Part shown: positions 39,159 to 49,619 of the stretch, piece by piece
How positions within the stretch are numbered: position 1 is the first letter of the stretch
How the letters are laid out: each line of letters starts with the position of its first letter
From: an uncultured Gemmatimonadaceae bacterium
GTDB taxonomy: Bacteria; Gemmatimonadota; Gemmatimonadetes; Gemmatimonadales; Gemmatimonadaceae
Direction: 5' to 3'
Assembly (NCBI GenBank): GCA_963843845.1
Contig: CAWJMB010000002.1
Coordinates: forward strand, 768,001 to 832,000
DNA length: 64,000 nt
Translations under genes and position numbers: made by a program
The notes under the pieces: model-generated
The model's input: only the letters and a program-made list of their open reading frames with translations
Told to the model about the DNA's origin: nothing
The model's database searches: none

Positions 39159-39734
39159 GTGATCGACCGAGCCGCCTCCGCCGAGCGCGCCGACGAAGAA
39201 CGCCACCTGTTCGCCCGCCTCGGCGCCGGCGACGAGGGTGCGTTCGACGTGCTGTTCCGCGCCTGGTACGCTCCGCTCGTTCGTGTCGCCGAGGGCGTCG
39301 TGCGCGAGCGCGCGATCGCCGAGGAGGTCGTCCAGGACGTGCTGCTCGAAGTCTGGCGCCGCCGCGAGCAGCTCGGTGACGAGGAGAGTCCGCGCGCCTA
39401 CCTCATCCGCGCGACGCGGAACCGCGCGCTGAACCACATCCGGCACCTGCGCGTGCAGGACCGCAGCACGCCGTACGTCGCCACACGCACCGAAGTCGCC
39501 GCGGAAGGGTCGGCTCGTGTCGTCGAGTCGGAGCTGGACGATGCCATCCGCGATGCGGTCGCCGAGCTGCCGCCACGCTGCCGCGAGGTGTTCGAGCTGA
39601 GCCGCGTCCACAATCTGTCGTACGCGGAGATCGCGACATCGCTCTCGATCTCGGTCAAGACGGTCGAGGCGCAGATGGGGAAGGCGCTCCGCCTCATGCG
39701 CGAGCGATTGTCACCGTGGCTGAGGCCGATGTAG
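39159..39734 (+). CDS. FecI-like ECF sigma-70 factor
   Basis: GDEGAFDVLF, AEEVVQDV, RNRALNHIR, LPPRCREVFELSR, SYAEIA..L.IS.KTVEAQMGKAL. Confidence 0.92.
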   Translation: MIDRAASAERADEERHLFARLGAGDEGAFDVLFRAWYAPLVRVAEGVVRERAIAEEVVQDVLLEVWRRREQLGDEESPRAYLIRATRNRALNHIRHLRVQDRSTPYVATRTEVAAEGSARVVESELDDAIRDAVAELPPRCREVFELSRVHNLSYAEIATSLSISVKTVEAQMGKALRLMRERLSPWLRPM

Positions 39735-39896
39735 CTGATCGGCCCGCTCCGCCGTTCCTCGCGCGTCGTGAGTCACGCCGCATCGCCGCCGCCAGACTGC
39801 GGTTCCGCCGCAGCGCCACAGTTGGCCGTGAAGCGGAGCGGTGAGGGCGGACGAGGACGGGCGACGGTCGGCTCCGTGCAGTGCAGAACGCCGTCG

Positions 39897-39922
39897 TAGG
39901 GGTTCGGCCCGCGACGCGTGTT
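39897..39922 (+). promoter_or_regulatory. Putative ECF promoter TAGGGGT-N14-GTGTT for the lipoprotein gene
   Basis: TAGGGGTtcggcccgcgacgcGTGTT, 80 bp upstream of ATG 40002. Confidence 0.65.
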
Positions 39923-40001
39923 CGCTGAGCACGGGCCGGTCCACCCGTCGCGACATCGGGGCGAGCGACTCGGGCCGGCGCACTCACACGGAGAACACAC
40001 C

Positions 40002-41033
40002 ATGAACGCAGCTGTGCATCGCACCACCTCACGTCTGCTGCTCGGCGCCGCCGTCCTCGGCGCGGCGGCCTGTCAGGAGTCGACCGCGCCGGCCGGCCTG
40101 GCCGCGTCCGACCTGCTCGCGAACGCGCTCACGACCGTCTCTCCCGGCATCAGCGAGCTGTCGACGAGCTTCGCGTCGAGCGCGACCGGCGCGGCGTGGA
40201 TTCCGGGACCCGGCGGTCCGGGCCGGAACGGTCTCGGGATGGGAAACCTCCTCGGCGGCGGGCTCGGCGACGACTTCTCGGCGAACGCGTCGTTCGGCGG
40301 GCGCGGGGGGCACGACCGCGGCGGCGCGTTCGGACTCGTCGCGAGCTGCACGGGCGGCACGTACGCGGCCGCGACCGGCCGCATCACCTGCCCGACCGAG
40401 ACGCGGAACGGCCTCACGATCACTCGCTCGATCGCCTACACGACGACGGCAGGCGCCGCTCAGCCCGCGTACGACTCGGCCACCACGAACACGGTGAACG
40501 AGCAGCGCAGCGTCACCGGCACGACGACCTTCACGGCGGACTCCGGACGCGGGCGCGACGGGCGCGGCCACGGCCCAGGCTTCTTCGGACTCGGCCGAGG
40601 CGCCGACTCGTCGCGCATCATGGTGACGAGCGCGACGACCACGGTCTCGCACGCGAGCAGTCGCACGGTCGCCGGACTCGCGACGGGCTCGACGCAGCGC
40701 ACGGTCGACGCGACCGCCGCCGGCACCGAGTCGACGACGGGCACCAGCTCGGCCGGCGCGTTCACGGCGCGGCGCGTCACCGGCGACACCACGCGCGGGC
40801 TCGTCACCCCCGTCGCGACGGCGGCGACCCCGCGTCCGTATCCCACCGCCGGCACCGTCATCCGCGCGGTCAGCGCGACGACGACGATCGCCGGCGGGGC
40901 CGCGCAGACGACGACGCGCCGTGAGGTCGTGACCTACAACGGCACCGCGACCGCGACGATCGTGATCACGCAGGACGGCACGACCAAGAACTGCACGATC
41001 GCACTGCCGGGGCGGCGGCCGACCTGCCCGTAA
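40002..41033 (+). CDS. Hypothetical Thr/Gly-rich lipoprotein
   Basis: GGAG RBS, lipobox GAAAC, beta-rich Thr-rich body with paired Cys residues. Confidence 0.75.
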   Translation: MNAAVHRTTSRLLLGAAVLGAAACQESTAPAGLAASDLLANALTTVSPGISELSTSFASSATGAAWIPGPGGPGRNGLGMGNLLGGGLGDDFSANASFGGRGGHDRGGAFGLVASCTGGTYAAATGRITCPTETRNGLTITRSIAYTTTAGAAQPAYDSATTNTVNEQRSVTGTTTFTADSGRGRDGRGHGPGFFGLGRGADSSRIMVTSATTTVSHASSRTVAGLATGSTQRTVDATAAGTESTTGTSSAGAFTARRVTGDTTRGLVTPVATAATPRPYPTAGTVIRAVSATTTIAGGAAQTTTRREVVTYNGTATATIVITQDGTTKNCTIALPGRRPTCP

Positions 41034-41053
41034 GCGCTCGGTAGATTGAGCGC

Positions 41054-42238
41054 ATGTCAGTGCGCTCGGCCAGCACCATCGACGACATCACCGATCGCCT
41101 CGTGCCCGACGTCCTGTCGAGGCACGAGGCCATCGAGCACTGGCAGGACGAACGCGACGCGGCGTTCGTCTACGCCGCGCTCGCACCGCGCATGCCGACC
41201 GCCGAAGAGCGGCGCACGCTCGAGCGCATCGCGCGCGAGGAGATCGTGCACCGCGACTACTTCGCCGCCCTCGTCGCCGCCTCGGCCGTGGGACCGACGC
41301 ACGCCGTCGACGACGCCCTGCGGCCGTCGCTCCGCGCGCGAAGCTTCGTCGCGCTGTCGCACGTCATCGGTGTGAAGCTCGTGCTCGCCGTCCTTCGCGT
41401 CGCCGAAGGGCGCGAGGTCGCACGCTTTCTGCGGCTCGTGCACCGCACCCCAGACTTCGCGGCGCGCGCGCCCGGGCTCGTGCGCCTCGCCCGCGAGAGC
41501 GCCGCGCATGCGCAGGCGCTCGGCCACCTCACCGGCGTGCGCGGCGATCCGTGGCACCGCGCCGAGGTCGGCGGCGTCGTGCGCAACGTCGTGTACGGGT
41601 TCAACGACGGGCTGACGGCGAACTTCGGACTCATCGCGGGCGTCGTCGGCGCGAGCGTGCCGCGCGAGGTCGTGCTGCTCGCGGGGCTCTCCGGCCTCGT
41701 CGCCTCCGCGTTCTCGATGGGCGCCAGTGGCTATCTCGCCGCGACGAGCCAGCGCGAGGTCGACACGAACGAGATCAACGTCCAGCGCGCCGAGTTGGTG
41801 CTCTGGCCGGAGCGCGAGCAGGCATACCTCGCGACGCTCTACCAGGAGAAGGGGCTGTCGGAGGCGGAAGCGGCGGTCGCCGCGCAGCGTGTGATGGGGG
41901 ACGTGGACGTCGCGCTCCGCGAGCTGGCGCGCGAGAAGCTCGGCATCACCGACGAGACGGGATCGCCGGTGCAGGAGGGGATGATCACCGGCGCGGCGAC
42001 GACGGTCGGCGCGCTCGTACCCCTCGTGCCCTATCTCGTCACCGGCGGCGTCGGCGCCGCGATCGCCTCGTTCGCGCTCGCGATGGCCGCGCACTTCCTC
42101 GTCGGCGCGGCACGCAGCGCCTTCACCGGGCGCGGCTGGTTCCGGAGCGGATTCGACATGCTCGCCGTCGGACTCGGGGTCGCGGCGGTCGGATACGTCG
42201 TCGGCTATCTGTTCACCGGCGTCCTGCCGGCCGGGTGA
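41054..42238 (+). CDS. VIT1/CCC1 transporter with N-terminal ferritin/rubrerythrin-like domain
   Basis: E..H motifs at the N-terminus; VVYGFNDGL, AFSMGASGYL, GALVPLVPY. Confidence 0.9.
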   Translation: MSVRSASTIDDITDRLVPDVLSRHEAIEHWQDERDAAFVYAALAPRMPTAEERRTLERIAREEIVHRDYFAALVAASAVGPTHAVDDALRPSLRARSFVALSHVIGVKLVLAVLRVAEGREVARFLRLVHRTPDFAARAPGLVRLARESAAHAQALGHLTGVRGDPWHRAEVGGVVRNVVYGFNDGLTANFGLIAGVVGASVPREVVLLAGLSGLVASAFSMGASGYLAATSQREVDTNEINVQRAELVLWPEREQAYLATLYQEKGLSEAEAAVAAQRVMGDVDVALRELAREKLGITDETGSPVQEGMITGAATTVGALVPLVPYLVTGGVGAAIASFALAMAAHFLVGAARSAFTGRGWFRSGFDMLAVGLGVAAVGYVVGYLFTGVLPAG

Positions 42239-42265
42239 GGCGCCAGGCGATCGTGCGGCCGCTCG

Positions 42266-42625
42266 TTACGCGCTCGCCCACACCTTCACGGCGACGGCGA
42301 CGAGAAAGACCGCGAACAGCCGCGCCGCCGTCCGCGGCTGCAGCATCTGGTTCAACATCGCGCCGCCGTACGCGCCGACGAATAGCCCGAGTGCGATGAA
42401 CAACGACGCGCGGAGGTCGACGTGCCCGTTCTTGTAGTAGGCCCACGCGCCGAGCGCCCCGACCGGGAGGAGCAGCGCGCCGAGCGACGTTCCGGTCGCC
42501 GTCTGCGGAGTGAACTTCGCGAAGAAGAGGAGCGCCGGTACGATGACGATGCCGCCGCCGATCCCGAAGAGCCCCGAGAGGATCCCGGCGCCGAGCCCGA
42601 TCGCGATGAACGTGAAGAGAGGCAT
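42266..42625 (-). CDS. TauE/SafE (TSUP) family exporter, half-size
   Basis: AGILSGLFGIGGGIVIVP, ATGTSL; 119 aa. Confidence 0.85.
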   Translation of the reverse strand: MPLFTFIAIGLGAGILSGLFGIGGGIVIVPALLFFAKFTPQTATGTSLGALLLPVGALGAWAYYKNGHVDLRASLFIALGLFVGAYGGAMLNQMLQPRTAARLFAVFLVAVAVKVWASA

Positions 42626-42726
42626 CCTCGACTCTGCGGAGAGTTGACGTGAGCGGTGTTGCGGTGACGGCCGACCACAAGATTAGCGCCGTTGCCGCCC
42701 GCCGGATGATGTCGTTAGGATCGCGC

Positions 42727-43656
42727 ATGATGCGCCGCCGCTTCCTCGTGCTCGGCTCACTCGCGCTCGTGGCGATCGGCTGCTCGCGGTCGGAGCCGAG
42801 TGCGCGCCCCGCGCAGACCGCGGCAGCGTACGATCCCGCGACGTGGCAGCCGCCGCCAGAGTCCGCGATCCCGAACGACTCGCTGGGCGCGGCGATCCGG
42901 CGCGGGCTCGCGCTGATCGTGCACACGACCGACAGTCTGCCGCGCTACGCCCCCGGCCGCATCAGCTGCCGGAGCTGCCACCTCGCCGCCGGGCGCGACG
43001 AGAACTCGGCGCCGCTCATCGGGTCGCACGTGCGCTACCCGCGCTACCTCGATCGGGCCGGCGCCGTCGTCACGATGATCGACCGGGTGAACTACTGCTT
43101 CACTCGGTCGCTCGCCGGCCGCCGGCTCCCGCCGGAGAGCCGCGAGATGGCCGACATCCTCGCCTATCTCGCGTTCCTCTCGAAAGGAATCCCGACCGGG
43201 GCGACGGCGCGCGGCGGACTGCCGCCGATGCGCGACACCCTCGTCGGCGACACGACGCGCGGTGCCGCCGTGTTCCGCTCCACCTGCGCGTCGTGTCACG
43301 GCACGAACGGCGACGGCACCAGAGTCGTCCCGGCGCTCTGGGGGCCGCACTCGTACGCCATCAGCGCGTCGATGGCGCGCGAGGAGCGCGCCGCCTCGTT
43401 CATCTGGCACAACATGCCGCTCGGCAGAGCAAAGACGCTGACGCAGCAGCAGGCGTTCGACGTCGCGGCATACGTGAATGCGCAGCCGCGTCCCGACGCG
43501 CCGGGAAAGGAGAAGGACTGGCCAGCCGGAACGGCGCCCGCCGACGTCCCCTACGACACCAGAGGTCACACGGCGCACCGCCCGCCGCCGCTCCTTCCGC
43601 GTGCCCACCCTGACGAGGCCGTCGTGCCGGCCCCGCCGCGTGCGGGGCACCGCTGA
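42727..43656 (+). CDS. tsdA: Diheme cytochrome c, thiosulfate dehydrogenase TsdA-like lipoprotein
   Basis: Lipobox VAIGC, CRSCH and CASCH heme motifs, RVNYCFTRS with the conserved Cys, PALWG, NMPLG, DVAAYVN.QPRP. Confidence 0.75.
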   Translation: MMRRRFLVLGSLALVAIGCSRSEPSARPAQTAAAYDPATWQPPPESAIPNDSLGAAIRRGLALIVHTTDSLPRYAPGRISCRSCHLAAGRDENSAPLIGSHVRYPRYLDRAGAVVTMIDRVNYCFTRSLAGRRLPPESREMADILAYLAFLSKGIPTGATARGGLPPMRDTLVGDTTRGAAVFRSTCASCHGTNGDGTRVVPALWGPHSYAISASMAREERAASFIWHNMPLGRAKTLTQQQAFDVAAYVNAQPRPDAPGKEKDWPAGTAPADVPYDTRGHTAHRPPPLLPRAHPDEAVVPAPPRAGHR

Positions 43657-43818
43657 ACGGACACGACACGCGATGTTCGGCTCCTCTTCGCCGTGACCGT
43701 CACGAGATCACTGCATCAGTTGCACAAATGTGGCTACACCGTGACAATCTGAGGCGGTCCGGCGCCATATCCGATCTTCGATCCGTGCTCGCATGACAGG
43801 ATTTTCATCGCATAGCGG

Positions 43819-43847
43819 TTGACGTGTAGTTCAGACACGAATACATT
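43819..43847 (+). promoter_or_regulatory. Sigma70 promoter TTGACG-N17-TACATT with overlapping imperfect palindrome (candidate ROK operator)
   Basis: TTGACG at 43819-24 and TACATT at 43842-47; TGTAGTTC-N6-GAATACA spans the spacer. Confidence 0.7.
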
Positions 43848-43853
43848 CGCCGC

Positions 43854-43946
43854 ATGTCCTTCGTTCGGCTCGTCGCCAAGCAGCTCGTCACCCGCGCCTC
43901 GTTCTGCGACGGTGTGAACGACGACGGGCGGATGCGACGGGGCTGA
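43854..43946 (+). CDS. Putative leaderless leader peptide (30 aa)
   Basis: MSFVRLVAKQLVTRASFCDGVNDDGRMRRG*; the ATG lies 6 nt after the -10 box. Confidence 0.5.
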   Translation: MSFVRLVAKQLVTRASFCDGVNDDGRMRRG

Positions 43947-43970
43947 ACGAGCGAACATCGAGACACACCG

Positions 43971-44008
43971 CCCCCGCATCCGCCCCGGATGCGGGGGTTC
44001 GTCGTTCT
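43971..44008 (+). terminator. Attenuator/terminator hairpin upstream of the ROK gene
   Basis: CCCCCGCATCCG-ccc-CGGATGCGGGGG followed by TTCGTCGTTCT. Confidence 0.65.
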
Positions 44009-44038
44009 CGACCCTGCGACCTGCTCCGCGAGTGCTCA

Positions 44039-45295
44039 ATGCGCAAGATCGACACGCGAGACTTCCGCCGCGCCAGCCGTTCGACGTCGCGTGAGGTGAA
44101 CCGTCAGATCGTGCTGACTCTCATTCGCGAGTTGCAGCCGATCTCGCGCGCCGATCTCGCGCGCCGGATGGAGGTCGCGCGCAGCGCGCTCACCGCGATC
44201 GTGCGCGACCTCGTCGCCGCCGGCGCGGTGTCGGAGAGCCGAGACGACAGCGAGACGCATGGACTCGGGCGGCGGCCGACGCTGCTCCGGGTGCGCACCC
44301 GTGGCCACTTCGCCGTCGCCGTCGACGTTCGCTCCGACGTCACGACCGTCGCGCTCGCCGACTTCGGCGGCAACGTCGTCGCCCGCGATTCGCTGCCCAC
44401 CCCTGCGTCCCCCGACGCCTTCGTCGCCGCGCTCGCCGAGCGCGTCGTGGCCGTGATGAGCGGAGTGCAGGGCGCCGGAGTGGTGGGCGTCGCGATCGTC
44501 GTGCCCGGCATGGTCGACCGCCGGACCGGGCGCGTGATCTACGCACCGCGGCTCGGGTGGCGTGACGTCGATCTCTGCGGGGCGCTGCACGCCCGGCTGC
44601 GACTGCCCATCTACCTCGAGAACTCGCCGGTCGCCTGTGCGCTCGCCCGGCTCTGGCTCTCGCCCGACGGCCGCGAGACGTCGCGCAACTTCGCGTTCGT
44701 GAGCATCTCCGATGGTGTCGGGGTGGGCCTCGTGACGAACGGGGAAGCGCTCCGGGGCGAGGCGCACACCGCCGGCGAGTTCGGCCACGTGCTCCTCGAC
44801 CCGCACGGCCCGGCATGCGTCTGCGGGCGCCGTGGCTGCTGGGAGTCGTTCACCTGCAACGCCGCGACGGTGCGCCGCTACGTCGAGCGCGTGATGCACC
44901 GCCGCGCGGCGCGGGCGGATCACGCGCCGAGCGACGCGGGTACGACGACCGACGAGTACGTGCAGGCGCCGACGGTCGAGGAGATCGTGCGGCGTGCCCG
45001 GCGCGGCGAGGACGAGGCGCTCTGGGCGCTCGCCGAGACCGGCTGGTACATCGGACGCGGGCTGGCGGCAGTCGTCTCGGCGTTCAGCCCGGGTCGTCTG
45101 TACCTGGGTGGGGAGATCACGGCCGGGTGGTCGTTCATCGAGGGGCCGATGCGGCAGGCGCTCGCCGACGGCACCCTCACCGACGCCGCGCGCTGTACCC
45201 CGATCGTTCCCGATCGCCAGCCCGACCTCTACCGGCTGCTGGGCGCCGTCGCGCTCGTCGCCGCGCCGACGTTCGCCGCTCCGCAGGTCGCCTGA
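44039..45295 (+). CDS. ROK family transcriptional regulator (NagC/XylR-like)
   Basis: N-terminal HTH ISRADLAR, GRRPT, PGMVD, GVGVGL, AGEFGH, CVCGRRGCWE. Confidence 0.93.
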   Translation: MRKIDTRDFRRASRSTSREVNRQIVLTLIRELQPISRADLARRMEVARSALTAIVRDLVAAGAVSESRDDSETHGLGRRPTLLRVRTRGHFAVAVDVRSDVTTVALADFGGNVVARDSLPTPASPDAFVAALAERVVAVMSGVQGAGVVGVAIVVPGMVDRRTGRVIYAPRLGWRDVDLCGALHARLRLPIYLENSPVACALARLWLSPDGRETSRNFAFVSISDGVGVGLVTNGEALRGEAHTAGEFGHVLLDPHGPACVCGRRGCWESFTCNAATVRRYVERVMHRRAARADHAPSDAGTTTDEYVQAPTVEEIVRRARRGEDEALWALAETGWYIGRGLAAVVSAFSPGRLYLGGEITAGWSFIEGPMRQALADGTLTDAARCTPIVPDRQPDLYRLLGAVALVAAPTFAAPQVA

Positions 45296-45320
45296 CACAC
45301 CCCGAATCTCACTGACCTCC

Positions 45321-46232
45321 ATGCCCCCGAAACGCTCCACGAACGGCCGCTTCGTCGCCGCCACCGCCACCGCCACCGCCACGCCGGACGACGCGACGGC
45401 GGTGCTCGCCTTCCTCTCCGGTTGGCGCCAGCAGCAGGAAGGGACGATCGTCGCCGGCAGCTCGCTCATCGTACGCTACGAGCCCGAGCGCCTCGCGGAC
45501 GGCGAGGGCGGCGTCGTCGTCGCCGCCGCGACGAAGAAGCTCAAGACACCGCGCGAGATCATCGGCTACGCCCGCTTCCTTCCGGGCGGTCAGATCCGCC
45601 ACGCGACGCTGCGTGGACGCCGCGCCGCGCGAAAGGTCGCGGCGGAGATCGCTGTGCCGCCGGAGACGCGCGAAGTCGAGCTGTGGTTCCAGTGCACCGA
45701 CGCCGACGGCGTGCTGGCGTGGGACAGCCGCTTCGGCGAGAACTATCGCTTCGCCGTCGCGCATCCGAGCCCGCGGCATTCGCTGGCGATGCGCGCGAAC
45801 ACGATCGTCGACGGAGCCGTGATCACGGTCGCGGACGAGGCGGCGATCAAGCTGAATGCGTTCGAGAGCCACCCGGGGCGCCCGGCCGGCGGGGCGAGCC
45901 TGCAGACGAGCCTGCACGTCGCCGCCCGCGTGCGGAAGAGCGCCGCGGTGAGCGCGGTGTGGGTGGACGTCCACTGCTTCGACGGCGACGCCGAGCGCGT
46001 CCATGGCGACTCGCTCCCGCTTCGCCGCGAGCGCGACGCCGACGACACGTTCGACCTGTTCGTGCTCGACGGCGCCCTCTACCAGGGCACGATCGCGACA
46101 CCCGGCTCGGCCATGCCGCGGCCGGACGTGCGGTCGGTGCAGTACCGTGTGTACTGCGCGACCGAGCGCGGCGTGCTCAGCGACGGCGAGCTACATCGCT
46201 GCTATCTCAAGACGGACGCGTTGAGCAGCTGA
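45321..46232 (+). CDS. DUF6209-like protein with an additional C-terminal domain
   Basis: F..GW.Q...G.I.AG..L..RYEPERL, VELWF, WDSRFGENYRF. Confidence 0.7.
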   Translation: MPPKRSTNGRFVAATATATATPDDATAVLAFLSGWRQQQEGTIVAGSSLIVRYEPERLADGEGGVVVAAATKKLKTPREIIGYARFLPGGQIRHATLRGRRAARKVAAEIAVPPETREVELWFQCTDADGVLAWDSRFGENYRFAVAHPSPRHSLAMRANTIVDGAVITVADEAAIKLNAFESHPGRPAGGASLQTSLHVAARVRKSAAVSAVWVDVHCFDGDAERVHGDSLPLRRERDADDTFDLFVLDGALYQGTIATPGSAMPRPDVRSVQYRVYCATERGVLSDGELHRCYLKTDALSS

Positions 46233-46272
46233 CCACGCCGTCGACCCGCGCGGGGCTCGGGTCGACGAGCGG

Positions 46273-47130
46273 TCAGGCGCTCACCGCGACCGTCAGCGAC
46301 GCCTTGAGTCCCGCCGCGACGCTTCCCGAGACGGTCGCCAGCTCGAGGGCCGAGCCGTCGCTGAACACGTTGTCGCTGGCGAGCGAGACCTGTGCGGCGT
46401 TGCGGACGCTCGACTCGTAGCCGGCGGTCGCGTAGACGAGGTCGTTCGCCGCCTTGGGAAGCGCGATCTGCGAGGTCGCGATCTTGTTGCGCACGCTCGT
46501 CGCGGCGCTGAGGCTCGGGTAGACCTCGAAGTGGATGTGCGGCCAGCGCCCCGAGTAGCACGCCGGATAGATCGAGGTGAACGTCACCTTGCCGCTCGCG
46601 TCGGCCGCCTGCACGCCGCGCAGATAGTTCTGGTTCGTCACCCCCGACGAGTAGAGCGAGTACCGCCCCTCGCGGTCGCAGTGCCAGAGGTACACTGCGC
46701 GGTCCGCGAGCGGCTCGCACGTCGACGCCGAGACGATCGTCAGCTCGATCGTCAGCGGAACGCCGACCGCCGTGCCGCTCAGTCCCGCGAACGACGACCG
46801 GATGTCGGTCCGTACGACACCCGTGGCCGCGAGCACGCTCGGCCCGTTCGAGCCGTCGGCGGGATACGGTCCGGCGGTCTCCTCGGGGATGCGGCTGCAC
46901 GATCCAGCGGCGGTGCCGCTGTTCACCCCGCCCGTGTTGATCGTCGTCGTCGGGTCGGTGATCGCGTCCGACGTCGCGCAGCCGAGCAGGTGCAGCGCGC
47001 CGAAGCCGGCGCCGAACTTGGCGGCCATCGCGACCACGCGGCGGCGGTCCATGGAGCCGCCGGTCGCGCGGAGGTCGCGGTGCAGACCACCGAAATCGTC
47101 GTGATCGTCGTCGTCGTGGAAGTGCGACAT
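46273..47130 (-). CDS. Intradiol ring-cleavage dioxygenase-like exported protein
   Basis: HDDFGGLHRDL leader, RRR plus LLGC, PEETAGPYP, WHCDREG.YSLY, YLRGVQ, Y.GRWPHIHFE. Confidence 0.9.
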   Translation of the reverse strand: MSHFHDDDDHDDFGGLHRDLRATGGSMDRRRVVAMAAKFGAGFGALHLLGCATSDAITDPTTTINTGGVNSGTAAGSCSRIPEETAGPYPADGSNGPSVLAATGVVRTDIRSSFAGLSGTAVGVPLTIELTIVSASTCEPLADRAVYLWHCDREGRYSLYSSGVTNQNYLRGVQAADASGKVTFTSIYPACYSGRWPHIHFEVYPSLSAATSVRNKIATSQIALPKAANDLVYATAGYESSVRNAAQVSLASDNVFSDGSALELATVSGSVAAGLKASLTVAVSA

Positions 47131-47236
47131 GGCGTCGGGTGCTCTGCGTCGATGGAGTCGAGTGCGTGGCTGCTGTCTCGACACGCATTCGCTCGCCGAC
47201 CCCTACGGCGCCGATCACCATGTCTCACACGCCCGC

Positions 47237-47284
47237 GCCGTCGTCAGCGCCGTCGTCAGCGCCGTCGTCAGCGCCGTCGTCAGC
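47237..47284. repeat. 12-bp tandem repeat GCCGTCGTCAGC x4
   Basis: Four exact intergenic copies. Confidence 0.9.
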
Positions 47285-47299
47285 GACGGGACCGCGTCG

Positions 47300-48643
<1,344 letters not shown>

Positions 48644-48682
48644 CAGGCGGCGCGGTCCGAGTGCCTCACGCGCCGACTACCC

Positions 48683-49495
48683 CTACCGCTCGTTCGCTTC
48701 GAGGAATTCACGCATGAGCGCGATGGTCTCGTCGGGCGCGCTCAGGTGGGGACAGTGGCCGGTCGCGCGCATCTCGCGCAGCGTGCTTCCCGGCAGCGCA
48801 CCGTGCAGGTACCGCCCCACTTCGAGCGGCGCGATCACGTCGTCGGTGCACTGCAGGATCAGCGACGGCACGCGGACGTGCGCGAGGTCCGCGCGATTGT
48901 CGGCGAGGAACGTCGCCTGGGCGAAGCGGCGCGCCATCACCGGGTCGGTCGAGCAGAAGCTCGCCGTCAGCTCGCCGCCGAGCTCGGGGCGGTCGGCGTT
49001 CCCCATGATCGACGGCGCGAGCGCGTTCGCCCAGCCGATGTAATTGCGGTCCATCATCTCGAGCAGTCCGTCGACGTCGGCGCGCTCGAAGCCGCCGACG
49101 TACGACGGCGGGTCGTTCAGGTAGCGCGGCGACGGGCCGATGAGGACCAGCCGCGCGAACCGCTCCGGCGCCCGGTTCGCCGCGAGCACGCCGATCATCG
49201 CACTCACCGAGTGGCCGACGAACACCACGTCGGTGAGATCGAGCGCCTCGCAGACGTCGAGCACGTCCTGCGCGTAGCCGTCGAGCGCGGCGTAGCGCCG
49301 CGCGTCGTACGCCGCGATGTCGGAGCGGCCGGAGCCGACGTAGTCGAACAGCACGACGCGGTAGTCGTCCGCGAACGCCGGCGCGACGTGGCGCCACATC
49401 TGCTGGTCGCACCCGAAGCCGTGCGCGAACAGCATCGGGCGACTTCCGCGCCCGATCTCGGAGACGTTGTTACGGGCGCGGATGTCGAAGGTCAT
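48683..49495 (-). CDS. rsbQ: RsbQ/KAI2-like alpha/beta hydrolase
   Basis: [52 protein letters not shown]. Confidence 0.9.
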   Translation of the reverse strand: MTFDIRARNNVSEIGRGSRPMLFAHGFGCDQQMWRHVAPAFADDYRVVLFDYVGSGRSDIAAYDARRYAALDGYAQDVLDVCEALDLTDVVFVGHSVSAMIGVLAANRAPERFARLVLIGPSPRYLNDPPSYVGGFERADVDGLLEMMDRNYIGWANALAPSIMGNADRPELGGELTASFCSTDPVMARRFAQATFLADNRADLAHVRVPSLILQCTDDVIAPLEVGRYLHGALPGSTLREMRATGHCPHLSAPDETIALMREFLEANER

Positions 49496-49619
49496 GCGGT
49501 ACATGTTAGCACCCGCAGGCGACGGCCGCACCACGACGCCGCGACAGAGCCCGGGGCGGCGCCCGTACGGGGGCTCGGTGTAGAATGCACGTCGGCCCCG
49601 CTCACGCCTTCGAGGTGCA

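Noticed and set aside
43734..44039. 101-aa minus-strand ORF in the lower-GC gap
   Set aside because: It has no motif and atypical codon use; the region is better explained by the plus-strand promoter, uORF and terminator.
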